Virus record (IMG/VR): IMGVR_UViG_3300045738_002143
Source of the DNA: an uncultured virus (IMG/VR IMGVR_UViG_3300045738_002143)
Lineage: Duplodnaviria > Heunggongvirae > Uroviricota > Caudoviricetes
Reading direction: 5' to 3' (one strand)
DNA length: 64,000 nucleotides
Shown here: positions 1-9,017 of the stretch, piece after piece
Numbering within the stretch: position 1 is the stretch's first letter
How the letters are laid out: each line of letters opens with the position of its first letter
Notes under the pieces: generated by a model
Told to the model about the DNA's origin: nothing
The model's database searches: none
What the model saw: the letters and a program-made list of their open reading frames with translations, nothing else
Program-made: the position numbers and the translations under genes

Positions 1-2
1 AC

Positions 3-422
3 TTACAATCCGCCGCTTATTGTGGACTCGTAGATGCAGCGGATAAATATAATTCGTCTGTGAGTTTTGGGACATATGCTAGATTTAGAATAGCTGGCGA
101 GATGTGTGATTATTTGCGAGAAGTAGCATGGGGAACCAGGAATTATCCTTTTATTCCATTGTCCATTCACACACCAGAGCTATCTGATATTTTGTGGCAA
201 GAAGATGAATCCCCTAACGAGTTTTTCTATAAAGTAACTTCTAATTTGGGAAACATGGCTTGCCGAGTGGTGGGAAGTTATTGCAGCGGATACACGTTGC
301 GAGAGATTGGTGAGCAAATTGGACTTTGTGAAAGTAGAATATCTCAAATTCTAACGCAAGCGAAGAGGGCAATTCGTAGCGATTTTTCTCAGGAAGAATT
401 GTTGGTGGAATTGGAGAATTAG
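3..422 (+). CDS. Sigma-70 family sigma factor (FliA/WhiG-like), 5'-partial
   Basis: Frame open from window start: LQSAAYCGLVDAADKYN..FGTYARFRIAGEM (region 2) and TLREIGEQIGLCESRISQI (region 4 HTH). Confidence 0.85.
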   Translation, partial: LQSAAYCGLVDAADKYNSSVSFGTYARFRIAGEMCDYLREVAWGTRNYPFIPLSIHTPELSDILWQEDESPNEFFYKVTSNLGNMACRVVGSYCSGYTLREIGEQIGLCESRISQILTQAKRAIRSDFSQEELLVELEN

Positions 423-453
423 ATAAATTGTATTCCATGATTGTGAGGGCGAT

Positions 454-1416
454 ATGAAAATTTTCACTGCGATTGTTGTGCTTATTTTTTGTTGTGTTGC
501 GGCTACGGCTAATGCTGATGAGTCTAAGACGAGTACGGAGGGTATCGCACAGTCTAAAGTGGTAACTCATACAGAACTTCCCATGCCCACGGGAGCATCT
601 AACCCTCCTGCTGATTCAAATATAAAGAACCTTATTTGGAATCGACGCACTACCAAGAATTTTGTTATACTGAGTCTAGATGATGATCAAGGTGAGTACC
701 TTCAGAGAAATATAGAAAACATGAAGGATTGGGTAATGTCTCGATGGGGTCTTCCAAACGTAGATTTTCCGAATCAGGGAATTGAACCGGGTTGCATGAT
801 ACTATGTGTGCCAACTAAAGAACTGATGAAAAAGTTATTTCGTTTGGAAAGATCACATGGTGAAGTTAGAATGAAGGATGGGAATATAGAAAAAAGAGTC
901 TTGTGGGTTGTTCTAGATGGGCGACCAGCAGAAGCGGTTCCATCAGCATTGACTTTAGTGTGCTTGAAGCAAATTGAAATCGATCAAAAAATTAAGATTG
1001 GCTATTGGATGCAACGTGGCATGGCTGTACTTAATAGTACGATACCTCAAATTAGATCAAGGCTTGCAAGCCTACAAACACCTTTGAGCAAAGATAGTGA
1101 AATGTTCTTTAGTAAGAGGTTGTTTATTATGAGTGAGGAGGACTATAGAAATAAAAGTTCCGAACTACAAGATTTATTTGATAGTGAGGCAGCAGCATTA
1201 TGTTTGTTGTTCCGAAAAGAATTTGGCCAGCAAAATATGTTGCGATTTCTAAAGCAAGGAGGGAAGGAATCTATGTTATTAGGCACATATGGATTTCAAA
1301 ATTGTAATCACCTGGATATTACGTTCAAGAGATATATGTATCATCTTGCTTCTGATATAGCAGTCAATAAGACTCCAGAAAATTATCTACAAATAGTACC
1401 GTCAAAACCTAAATAA
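454..1416 (+). CDS. Hypothetical protein with signal peptide
   Basis: 320-aa ORF, hydrophobic N-terminus ending ANA. Confidence 0.7.
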   Translation: MKIFTAIVVLIFCCVAATANADESKTSTEGIAQSKVVTHTELPMPTGASNPPADSNIKNLIWNRRTTKNFVILSLDDDQGEYLQRNIENMKDWVMSRWGLPNVDFPNQGIEPGCMILCVPTKELMKKLFRLERSHGEVRMKDGNIEKRVLWVVLDGRPAEAVPSALTLVCLKQIEIDQKIKIGYWMQRGMAVLNSTIPQIRSRLASLQTPLSKDSEMFFSKRLFIMSEEDYRNKSSELQDLFDSEAAALCLLFRKEFGQQNMLRFLKQGGKESMLLGTYGFQNCNHLDITFKRYMYHLASDIAVNKTPENYLQIVPSKPK

Positions 1417-1443
1417 AGTAGAATCAAATTGTATGGAGGTTAT

Positions 1444-1740
1444 ATGTTTAGTATATTAATTTGGATTGTATATGGATTAATTGTTGGTTTGATTGCGAAA
1501 GCACTTCACCCCGGAGATGATCCTGTTGGTTTTTTGCCAACTGTTGGTATCGGCATTGCTGGTAGCTACGTGGGGGGTCTGGTCAACTGGCTTCTAGGTA
1601 GAGGAGAAGTTTTCTCTAGCTCTGGAATCTTAATGGGGGTTATTGGTGGTGTTATATTCTGTTATATTTATCGCAGATTCCGACTTAATAAGCTGTTTGC
1701 CTTGAAGGCGCAGCAAGTTAAAGAACGAGAAAATAAGTAA
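1444..1740 (+). CDS. GlsB/YeaQ/YmgE (transglycosylase-associated) membrane protein
   Basis: WIVYGLIVGLIAKALHPG..GIAGSYVGG pattern; GGAGG RBS before ATG 1444. Confidence 0.85.
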   Translation: MFSILIWIVYGLIVGLIAKALHPGDDPVGFLPTVGIGIAGSYVGGLVNWLLGRGEVFSSSGILMGVIGGVIFCYIYRRFRLNKLFALKAQQVKERENK

Positions 1741-2015
1741 TGACAATTGATGAAGAAGTTGTGGCGAAATTAAGAAAACGGTACAAAAAAATTCATCAGT
1801 TAATTTTCCACAGATCGCTGGAGAGGGCGGAAACTCCCGGCGATCTGTTTGACATATTGGATTCATTTCCAGATAAGTACCCGCTCGTTTGGGATGACGA
1901 TGAACGTCATTGGGTTGCGACGGAGGATATATCTCAAGTTGGTAGATTTAACCTACTTAGAAAGAAAGAAGAGAATGAAGAGAATGAAGAGAATGAAGAG
2001 GATGAAGACGGTTGA
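1740..2015 (+). CDS. Hypothetical protein, acidic tail
   Basis: ORF coupled to upstream stop; GAAGAGAAT repeats encode EEN tail. Confidence 0.65.
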   Translation: MTIDEEVVAKLRKRYKKIHQLIFHRSLERAETPGDLFDILDSFPDKYPLVWDDDERHWVATEDISQVGRFNLLRKKEENEENEENEEDEDG

Positions 2016-2658
2016 GTTTATGTTGTTTATGGCAATAATTTTACAGTGTGGAACAGCTTATTGTGGTCGTACCATTTGTTATAGATTGCCAGTGGTGAGG
2101 CAGTGTTCAAATGAGACACATCATTTGCGAAATTATGGAGTGATAAGAAATAGGGTTGAAGTTTGGGTTCATTTACCCAGTGGGCATAAATATTGCATTC
2201 CTGCGATCAACGGCATTCTTCCACAGATTGTAGAGCAAAGATATTCAAATGGCTCTGTGCATCTATGGTGTGATTATAGTCGTGGTGTTAAACACTATGG
2301 TGCAAGTCAGGTGAAATATCATCGTGAAGGGGAGTCTCTAGTCAAGCCATCGGCACCCAAGCCATCGGCGACATCGGCACCCAAGCCACCGGCACCCAAG
2401 CCACCGGCACTTAAGACATTATTGACACCTAAGAAGATTCCCCTTGTGAACGATTTAGATGATTTGAAAAAGAAGGTAAAAATACTTACAGATGAGAACA
2501 AGCTATTGAAAGAACGAGTTGGCGAATTAGAAAATCTGCCTAAGAAGAAAGTGGCGGCTCCTAAAAATGAATTGATTCGTCCTTCTCAAGTAACCGGTGA
2601 GGAAGATGGCAGGACAAAGACTTTTCCACGATACGAATCTACCAATGCACCTAGGTAA
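2002..2658 (+). CDS. Hypothetical protein with Pro-rich linker and coiled coil
   Basis: Start inferred at ATG 2002; hydrophobic N-terminus, KPSAP/KPPAP repeats. Confidence 0.6.
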   Translation: MKTVEFMLFMAIILQCGTAYCGRTICYRLPVVRQCSNETHHLRNYGVIRNRVEVWVHLPSGHKYCIPAINGILPQIVEQRYSNGSVHLWCDYSRGVKHYGASQVKYHREGESLVKPSAPKPSATSAPKPPAPKPPALKTLLTPKKIPLVNDLDDLKKKVKILTDENKLLKERVGELENLPKKKVAAPKNELIRPSQVTGEEDGRTKTFPRYESTNAPR

Positions 2659-3226
2659 AGAGTATTGCCAAAGGCATTCTATTAATGTGCCTTTGGTCAA
2701 GCACACTCAAAAAGATGGAACTATTTTTCTCCGAGATGACAGCAATCTTGGTGTGGAGTGGTTTGTTCTGAGCTTTAGTTTCCGAGATAATCCTCATCAT
2801 CCTGGAACGTATAAAATTTCCAACAGGATACCGATTCATAATGGCTACTCCAAAAACAACCTTCTTTTCGAGGTTGTAGATGAAAATGTTTTGGAGTGGG
2901 ATGAGTATGAGGATTATATTTTGGATTTTGCCAAAGATATAAAAACCTCCAGAGTAGTCACGGATCAGACAGAGATCGTTTTAGCGGCGTGGGAAATGTT
3001 TGTTTATTGTCATGACCGGTCATTGAGTAAATTTGCGGACATATTGTTTCCTAGTTTTGATGCGGAGTTATCAGCAGCCGACAGGTACGCTGCTTACCAG
3101 TTGGCGTCTAATTATTTCTTTGAGAACAAATTTGACTTTTATATAAGCTGGAAACGAGATATGATTTCATACATTAAGAGTTATAGTCATTGGTTGGCGG
3201 AGATTGTCCAAGAGTATGAATTGTAA
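2645..3226 (+). CDS. Hypothetical protein
   Basis: ORF in operon-like run; start inferred. Confidence 0.6.
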   Translation: MHLGKEYCQRHSINVPLVKHTQKDGTIFLRDDSNLGVEWFVLSFSFRDNPHHPGTYKISNRIPIHNGYSKNNLLFEVVDENVLEWDEYEDYILDFAKDIKTSRVVTDQTEIVLAAWEMFVYCHDRSLSKFADILFPSFDAELSAADRYAAYQLASNYFFENKFDFYISWKRDMISYIKSYSHWLAEIVQEYEL

Positions 3227-4262
3227 TCATTATTCTCCGGTTCAAGTAAAAGACCCCACTTCGGAGAACCATATTGTCACACTCCATCCTGGCCAGGAAT
3301 TTTTAGTTTCTATTTCCACAGAGATGGGAGCCGTGGAGATAGATGTAGACAGTAGGTTTTTTCGCTTGGCGCAGAAAGAGGTGAAATCTGATAAAGTTGT
3401 TTTTAGATTTTCTCAAATTTATGATCTGACGCCGTGGAGCAATGTTTCTAGAACTTATTTGGGGGAAGTTTTGATTCTTTCAGATAAGTATCTTTCTAGT
3501 TTGTGTGTGGTGTTAGAATCTCTCAATCCTAATAAGCGTGATGTAATTGTTGCTGTTAATCCAGAGGGTAGTTGCTTGAAGTTAGATGTACACAATATAT
3601 TGGAAGTAGTTGTGTATGACTCCAAGTTGGGCGACAATGATATGTGGAATTGTAATATTGTATCGGGAGATCACCAATTGAAGCTGGAGCAAATAGGGCA
3701 TGAAATCACCTCCAAGGACCAGCAAACGGTCGTAGGTATTGACAAATCGACGCTGCCGATTGATGGCTCTATAGATAGTGACAATGTTTACTGCATATTG
3801 CCACGCTCAATTGGTGGCGAGCCTTGTAGAGAGCACCATTACTGGTTTCGCTGCGACGGGCCGAGCATTGACATTCTTGGCGAATTACCCAGCGGAACTT
3901 ATTCAGGTGGAAAGATTGTTTTTGATGGGTCTTCCTGTACCAGCAGTATTAAGAATTATTTTTTCATGCTGCATTTATTGGTTAATGTGCGAGAGAAAAA
4001 TCGTGGAAAAATTTATCGTGGGATGCTTTGCCCGCCGAAAGATCAATGGGGGCCTAGGTGCTATGGAGTAGTCGCCCCCATTACAACTTTGGCTGTAAAC
4101 CAACAGAGAAGTTGGGAAGCTAGAGCAAGAGGCAATTGTCGGCAACGAAATGTCTGGTTACATCCGCAAGTTAAAAAGATAAAATTGAAAGAAAAGGAAA
4201 ATTCTGAATTAGGTTCTGGATGTCGTATAGCATATTTTAAGAAAAAGAAAATTTGCTATTGA
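3216..4262 (+). CDS. Hypothetical protein
   Basis: Long ORF overlapping upstream stop. Confidence 0.65.
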   Translation: MNCNHYSPVQVKDPTSENHIVTLHPGQEFLVSISTEMGAVEIDVDSRFFRLAQKEVKSDKVVFRFSQIYDLTPWSNVSRTYLGEVLILSDKYLSSLCVVLESLNPNKRDVIVAVNPEGSCLKLDVHNILEVVVYDSKLGDNDMWNCNIVSGDHQLKLEQIGHEITSKDQQTVVGIDKSTLPIDGSIDSDNVYCILPRSIGGEPCREHHYWFRCDGPSIDILGELPSGTYSGGKIVFDGSSCTSSIKNYFFMLHLLVNVREKNRGKIYRGMLCPPKDQWGPRCYGVVAPITTLAVNQQRSWEARARGNCRQRNVWLHPQVKKIKLKEKENSELGSGCRIAYFKKKKICY

Positions 4263-4313
4263 TGAATTGTCTTTTATTTTGGATAATGCGGCCATCTAAT
4301 TGGAGGAGATGGA

Positions 4314-4925
4314 ATGAAGGTAGACTTTGGTGAGCCGAAGACCGTTACACAAACTCTAAAGAAACCTAATCCCGGTTCTTTTGCAGCCGAGGGGTCTAAT
4401 GTTTCTTGGGTATCTTGTAGGGAGCAATTTGCCAATAAGTTTAATGAGTCTCTAGAGGGATTTTATTTTTCGCATGAAAGAGATAAGGGAGAGGACATTG
4501 CTGCTTTTATCACTAAAACAGAAGAAATTATAGAGCAATCTCCTAGTCATTTTGCTAAGACAAATAAAAATTTTGCACTTTGGATTCAGCCATCTGTGTT
4601 TTGGCGTAATTGTGCAATACGGCGGTCTTTGTTAACTATACTTCTTAGGTCTGGTGCTCATTTTAACCATGAGGAAGATAATTACGAAGAAGCTCTGTAT
4701 TCGCATGAGTATGTGCGAAAAACCAAACCAGCTATAAAAAGATTCCTGTTTGGGTTTACAGAATTTATTAGGGATGAAGTGGCTCTCGGTAATGGGCACG
4801 TTTTTAAACTTGGTTGGTTGGCTACATTTTCTTCTAAAAATGATGTTCAGATTAGAAGTCAACTTCTAAGGCTTGAAGAAGAAGAAGAATATTGTTCAGT
4901 AGATCAGGATTCTCTTTGGTCGTAG
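4314..4925 (+). CDS. Hypothetical protein
   Basis: 203-aa ORF with GGAGG RBS. Confidence 0.7.
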   Translation: MKVDFGEPKTVTQTLKKPNPGSFAAEGSNVSWVSCREQFANKFNESLEGFYFSHERDKGEDIAAFITKTEEIIEQSPSHFAKTNKNFALWIQPSVFWRNCAIRRSLLTILLRSGAHFNHEEDNYEEALYSHEYVRKTKPAIKRFLFGFTEFIRDEVALGNGHVFKLGWLATFSSKNDVQIRSQLLRLEEEEEYCSVDQDSLWS

Positions 4926-5005
4926 ATTGGAGTTGTACGAGTTCTTTACATTTACCAAGCCAATAAAAACCTTTCGTTCCAAAAATTCTTAAATGGAGAA
5001 CGTGG

Positions 5006-5551
5006 ATGACTGTCCGAGGAAATAAACTAAACGTTAGATGGATGCTACAACGGGACGTGAAGTATATTGTCAACATAGAAAATCTGAGTTTTGAACATCC
5101 CTGGTGCGAGGAAGATTTTTTGGAACAGTTGAGGTGTTGCAATTGCATTGGCATGATTTGCGAGAATGGAAGTCGAGACCTTGTAGGATTTATGATCTAT
5201 GAACTTCACACAGATAAGTTAAAAATTTTGAATTTTGCCGTACATCCTGACCATCGCAGAAAAGGAGTTGGGCTTGTAATGATGAATAGAATAATGGGCA
5301 AGCTATTAAATAAACGCAGGACTATTGTCGTTACTGTGAGAGAAACCAATCTGAATTTTCAACTTTTCTTGCGAGAGCTACGTTTTTTGGCGACTAAGGT
5401 TCACAAGGGCTTTTATGAAGGTTGTGATGGGTATGAATTTGAATTTTTTGAACATATTAACGATAAAATGCCAGTTCAAGAACGGCAATGCTACTCGCCA
5501 AGCGATATGCGACTCAGAGATTTTATAGCGAGACAACGAGGCGATGCATGA
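5006..5551 (+). CDS. RimI-like GNAT N-acetyltransferase
   Basis: VRWM..IENLSFEHPW..VGFMIYEL..ILNFAVHPDHRRKGVG..VRETN. Confidence 0.85.
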   Translation: MTVRGNKLNVRWMLQRDVKYIVNIENLSFEHPWCEEDFLEQLRCCNCIGMICENGSRDLVGFMIYELHTDKLKILNFAVHPDHRRKGVGLVMMNRIMGKLLNKRRTIVVTVRETNLNFQLFLRELRFLATKVHKGFYEGCDGYEFEFFEHINDKMPVQERQCYSPSDMRLRDFIARQRGDA

Positions 5552-5652
5552 GGTTGGAGGGTAAGAGGTTTTAATTAAAGTAAGTTCGCATAGAACTGTG
5601 GATTTCGATTGAATCATAAAGGTATATTTTGTATAATTATGTTTAACGTTTT

Positions 5653-6420
5653 ATGAGGCGAATAATGAAAACTACATGTTCATTTCTTGATTGGAGTTTT
5701 TGCGTGTTGATTCTGTCTGTTGTTGGGATTGGCGTTTTGTCGATGGCGTCGATGGCGTTGATTGGGGTGGGTGCTGGGGATAATATTGTTGACCAAAGCA
5801 GAACCATTAGCGTGAATGCAACAGGAAGCGTGACAGCCGAACCAGATATGGCTGTTATTTCTGTGGGCGCAACTACTGAGAATAAAAACGCAGGTGTTGC
5901 TTTGCGTCAGAATAATGTTCAGATGGCAGATGTGTTCGGGGTATTAGATAAGTTTGATATAGAAAACAAATATCGTAAGACAATTGGTCTTTCCATTCGT
6001 CCTAAATATCACTATGTTCAGAATCAAGAGCGTGTGTTTGACGGGTACGTGGTTACCAATAATGTCCGAGTCATGATTTGCGATTTAGACATTGTTGGTA
6101 AGTTGATAGATGCCGTCGTTCAAGATGGGGCCAATAAGATTGATAATATCTATTTCACATTCGAAAACCCTACGTCTCTAGAAACCAAGGCACGCATGGC
6201 TGCTTTGGAGTCGGCAAAAACAAAGGCTGCTGAAATGGCCGAGGCCCTATGTGCTGAGCTTGGTCATGTGTTGAAAATTTCAGGACATGTTAACCAGAGA
6301 AACACTGGTTCTCAGATACACATGAGATCGATGGCTGGTGATGTGGCAGAATCAGTGCCCGTAGCTGGAGGACAGCAGGCAGTTACCGCAAGTGTTAGCG
6401 TAACCTTTTTGTTGAAGTAA
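5653..6420 (+). CDS. SIMPL domain (DUF541) protein
   Basis: RTISVNATGSVTAEPDMA..GANKIDNIYF..GQQAVTASVSVTF. Confidence 0.9.
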   Translation: MRRIMKTTCSFLDWSFCVLILSVVGIGVLSMASMALIGVGAGDNIVDQSRTISVNATGSVTAEPDMAVISVGATTENKNAGVALRQNNVQMADVFGVLDKFDIENKYRKTIGLSIRPKYHYVQNQERVFDGYVVTNNVRVMICDLDIVGKLIDAVVQDGANKIDNIYFTFENPTSLETKARMAALESAKTKAAEMAEALCAELGHVLKISGHVNQRNTGSQIHMRSMAGDVAESVPVAGGQQAVTASVSVTFLLK

Positions 6421-6490
6421 ATATGAAAATCATTTCAATTTGCATACTTAGTTTTCTAGCTTTTTCATTGATTGTAGCTATTGCCATGTT

Positions 6491-6532
6491 GACGATGGAG
6501 ATATTCCGATAGACGATGGAGATATTCCGATA
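6491..6532. repeat. Perfect 21-bp tandem duplication
   Basis: GACGATGGAGATATTCCGATA x2. Confidence 0.95.
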
Positions 6533-6565
6533 ATGGTAAATAAACAAAAAAAGGAGTATTTAGTC

Positions 6566-6871
6566 ATGATATTGAATGAATCTAATTTTGAGGATGAGGT
6601 TCTCAAGTCTGAGAAGGTTGTTCTGGTAGATTTTTGGGCACCCTGGTGCGGACCATGTAACGCCTTGTCTCTAACTATAGAAGCGTTGTCTAAAAATAAT
6701 TATTCAGTAGGCAAGGTCAATATAGATGAAAATTCTGAGTTGGCGACCACATATGAGATTTCTTCAATTCCAGCTTTGTTGTTTTTCAAGGATGGTAAAG
6801 TGGCTAAGAAGCTTGTAGGCATCCAGCAGCAGGCGGCACTTGAAAAGGTGTTTGAGGAGTTGTCTAAATAA
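6566..6871 (+). CDS. trxA: Thioredoxin
   Basis: VLVDFWAPWCGPC; AAGGAG RBS before ATG 6566. Confidence 0.95.
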   Translation: MILNESNFEDEVLKSEKVVLVDFWAPWCGPCNALSLTIEALSKNNYSVGKVNIDENSELATTYEISSIPALLFFKDGKVAKKLVGIQQQAALEKVFEELSK

Positions 6872-6931
6872 TTGTATCGAGAGAACGCAGTTTGAAGTTC
6901 TTCTCACTCTTTTAGTGAGGAGGACTTTTTT

Positions 6932-7999
6932 ATGCGCAAACGAGTTTTGTTGACTGGCATCGGTGGTTTTATTGGTGCCCATTGTTTGGAATATTTTCTC
7001 AATAATACAGATTGGGAAATTATTGGACTGGATTCCTTTCGCCACAAAGGAAGCTTTCGAAGAGTAGAGGAGGCGAATAAGAGGCATTTGGATCATGTCA
7101 AAGATACTTCAACGATGGCAGAAAGATTCAATATTTACTGTCACGATCTTGTTGCCCCGATTGATCCGCAATTGGAAAGTTTGATTTTGAATCGTCGAAT
7201 TGTAGATGGCGAGGTTGTCGAAGATAAACTAGATTATATTATCAATATGGCCAGTAATAGTGCGGTTGAGAGATCAACTGACGATCCAACGGAGTGTTTG
7301 CGGAATAATCATGATTTAGTTGTTAATATGTTGGAATTTGCTCGTAGGGTAAATCCAGATATTTTCTTCCAGGTTTCCACAGACGAAGTGTATGGGGAAG
7401 CTAAGCCAGATCAGGCACATGTAGAATGGGATGTTATTCTTCCGAGTAATCCGTATGCCGCCAGCAAGGCCGCTCAGGAAGCAATCGCAATTGCTTATTG
7501 GAGAACTTATGATGTGCCCGTTGTTCTGACTAACACCATGAATAATATCGGCGAATGGCAAGACCCAGAGAAGTTTTTGCCGAAGATTATTCAGTTTGTT
7601 TCGCAAGGCAAAGAAGTACCGATCTACGGTGATGACCTTGCCAGTATTGGCACCCGCTTCTATCTACATGCTCAGAATCATGCGGATGCATTTGTGTTTC
7701 TTTCGCAGTTCAATCCAGCGATGTATGCGGATGGGGCAGATCGACCTGATCGATACAATATTTGTGGCGATACAGAATTGAATAATCTAGAAATGGCCCA
7801 ACTGATCGCAGATATTATGGGCAAAACGTTGAATTATAGGCTGATTCCATCGGAGTCAGCCCGCCGAGGGTACGATAGACGATATGCTCTGGATGGTTCC
7901 AAGATGACCAGGAAGGGTTGGACGCCACCCGTGTCTTTCCGAGAGAGTCTCAAAAGAGTGGTCGAATGGACCTTGGCTAATCAGCATTGGTTGGTCTAA
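6932..7999 (+). CDS. dTDP-glucose 4,6-dehydratase-like NAD-dependent epimerase/dehydratase
   Basis: [24 protein letters not shown]. Confidence 0.9.
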   Translation: MRKRVLLTGIGGFIGAHCLEYFLNNTDWEIIGLDSFRHKGSFRRVEEANKRHLDHVKDTSTMAERFNIYCHDLVAPIDPQLESLILNRRIVDGEVVEDKLDYIINMASNSAVERSTDDPTECLRNNHDLVVNMLEFARRVNPDIFFQVSTDEVYGEAKPDQAHVEWDVILPSNPYAASKAAQEAIAIAYWRTYDVPVVLTNTMNNIGEWQDPEKFLPKIIQFVSQGKEVPIYGDDLASIGTRFYLHAQNHADAFVFLSQFNPAMYADGADRPDRYNICGDTELNNLEMAQLIADIMGKTLNYRLIPSESARRGYDRRYALDGSKMTRKGWTPPVSFRESLKRVVEWTLANQHWLV

Positions 8000-8037
8000 A
8001 AATTTTAAAAAGTGGCGGGAATCCATAGAAGTTCTGG

Positions 8038-8065
8038 TTTACAGTAACAGAAAGTGTAGTACAAT
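8038..8065 (+). promoter_or_regulatory. Recurrent promoter-like motif TTTACA-N16-TACAAT
   Basis: Same motif and spacing at 13413, 17645, 17713, 33116. Confidence 0.6.
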
Positions 8066-8291
8066 GACCAAAGAAGAAGGAATTGAAGTAGAAGGTACGG
8101 TAATTAAAGCGGAGCGGGGCTTGTTTTTGGTTGAGGTTGATTCTGAGAGTGAGACGAAGCATATTGTTAAAGCTCACATTGGCGGCAAGCTCAGGAAACA
8201 TTACATCAAAGTGATCCCAGGTGACCGTGTAACGGTGGAAGTTAGTGCCTACGATTTAACTCGTGGTCGAATTATATTTAGGATGAAGTAA
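8064..8291 (+). CDS. infA: Translation initiation factor IF-1
   Basis: [48 protein letters not shown]. Confidence 0.95.
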   Translation: MTKEEGIEVEGTVIKAERGLFLVEVDSESETKHIVKAHIGGKLRKHYIKVIPGDRVTVEVSAYDLTRGRIIFRMK

Positions 8292-8292
8292 C

Positions 8293-8583
8293 ATGAATCG
8301 AATTCATGTTTTGTTGTGTGTTGTAGTGGTGTGGAATCTCGGTTGTTCCAATCAAACTGTCGATTCGGTAGATCGTGAGCCAGCAAAAGAGCACAGACAG
8401 CCAGTCAAAGTAAATTGGGATGAACAAACCGACTTTATTAGAGGCGGCGATAAGGATAAGTTCAAAAGAGATGCGGCTCTTATGAGAAGCATGACTCCGC
8501 AACAGCGGAGAGAATTTATCGAAAAAGAGAAAGCAGGAATCCGAGAAAGACGTGACACGATCAGACCCCGTTTAAGTAGGTGA
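8293..8583 (+). CDS. Hypothetical lipoprotein-like protein
   Basis: Hydrophobic N-terminus with LGC. Confidence 0.55.
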   Translation: MNRIHVLLCVVVVWNLGCSNQTVDSVDREPAKEHRQPVKVNWDEQTDFIRGGDKDKFKRDAALMRSMTPQQRREFIEKEKAGIRERRDTIRPRLSR

Positions 8584-9017
8584 TCGATATGGAAATCAAG
8601 ATTCACAGCACACCGGGAAGAGGCAAGAAGCAGTGCCCGGAATGTAAGGTTTATCTTGGGGTTAGAAACGGGAAATGTATTTGCGGACACGAGTTTGTCG
8701 CTGTACAGAAGAAGGTTTTGCCAAAAAAGGAAGCACCGGAAGGGCAAGAGTCAAAACCTGCGTTTGATCGAAAGGATTTTTTTACGGTTAAAATTAGTAT
8801 CCCTGCGGGCAAATGTCCTGCTAATTTAATGTCTACTGACTACGAAGCTGTGGAAGAATGGGTCGGAAAAGTTAAACTTCGTGGTGAAGCTGTAAACGTT
8901 ATTTATGCAGCAAGAGCTTTGAGATACTGGGCAAGGCAATTTTATGACATCTTTAGCGAAGAATATAAACTCGTTTCTCAACATGTGAATGAAATTTTTG
9001 GAGACGACGACAGATGA
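8580..9017 (+). CDS. Hypothetical protein with N-terminal zinc ribbon
   Basis: KQCPEC..KCICGHEF. Confidence 0.65.
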   Translation: MIDMEIKIHSTPGRGKKQCPECKVYLGVRNGKCICGHEFVAVQKKVLPKKEAPEGQESKPAFDRKDFFTVKISIPAGKCPANLMSTDYEAVEEWVGKVKLRGEAVNVIYAARALRYWARQFYDIFSEEYKLVSQHVNEIFGDDDR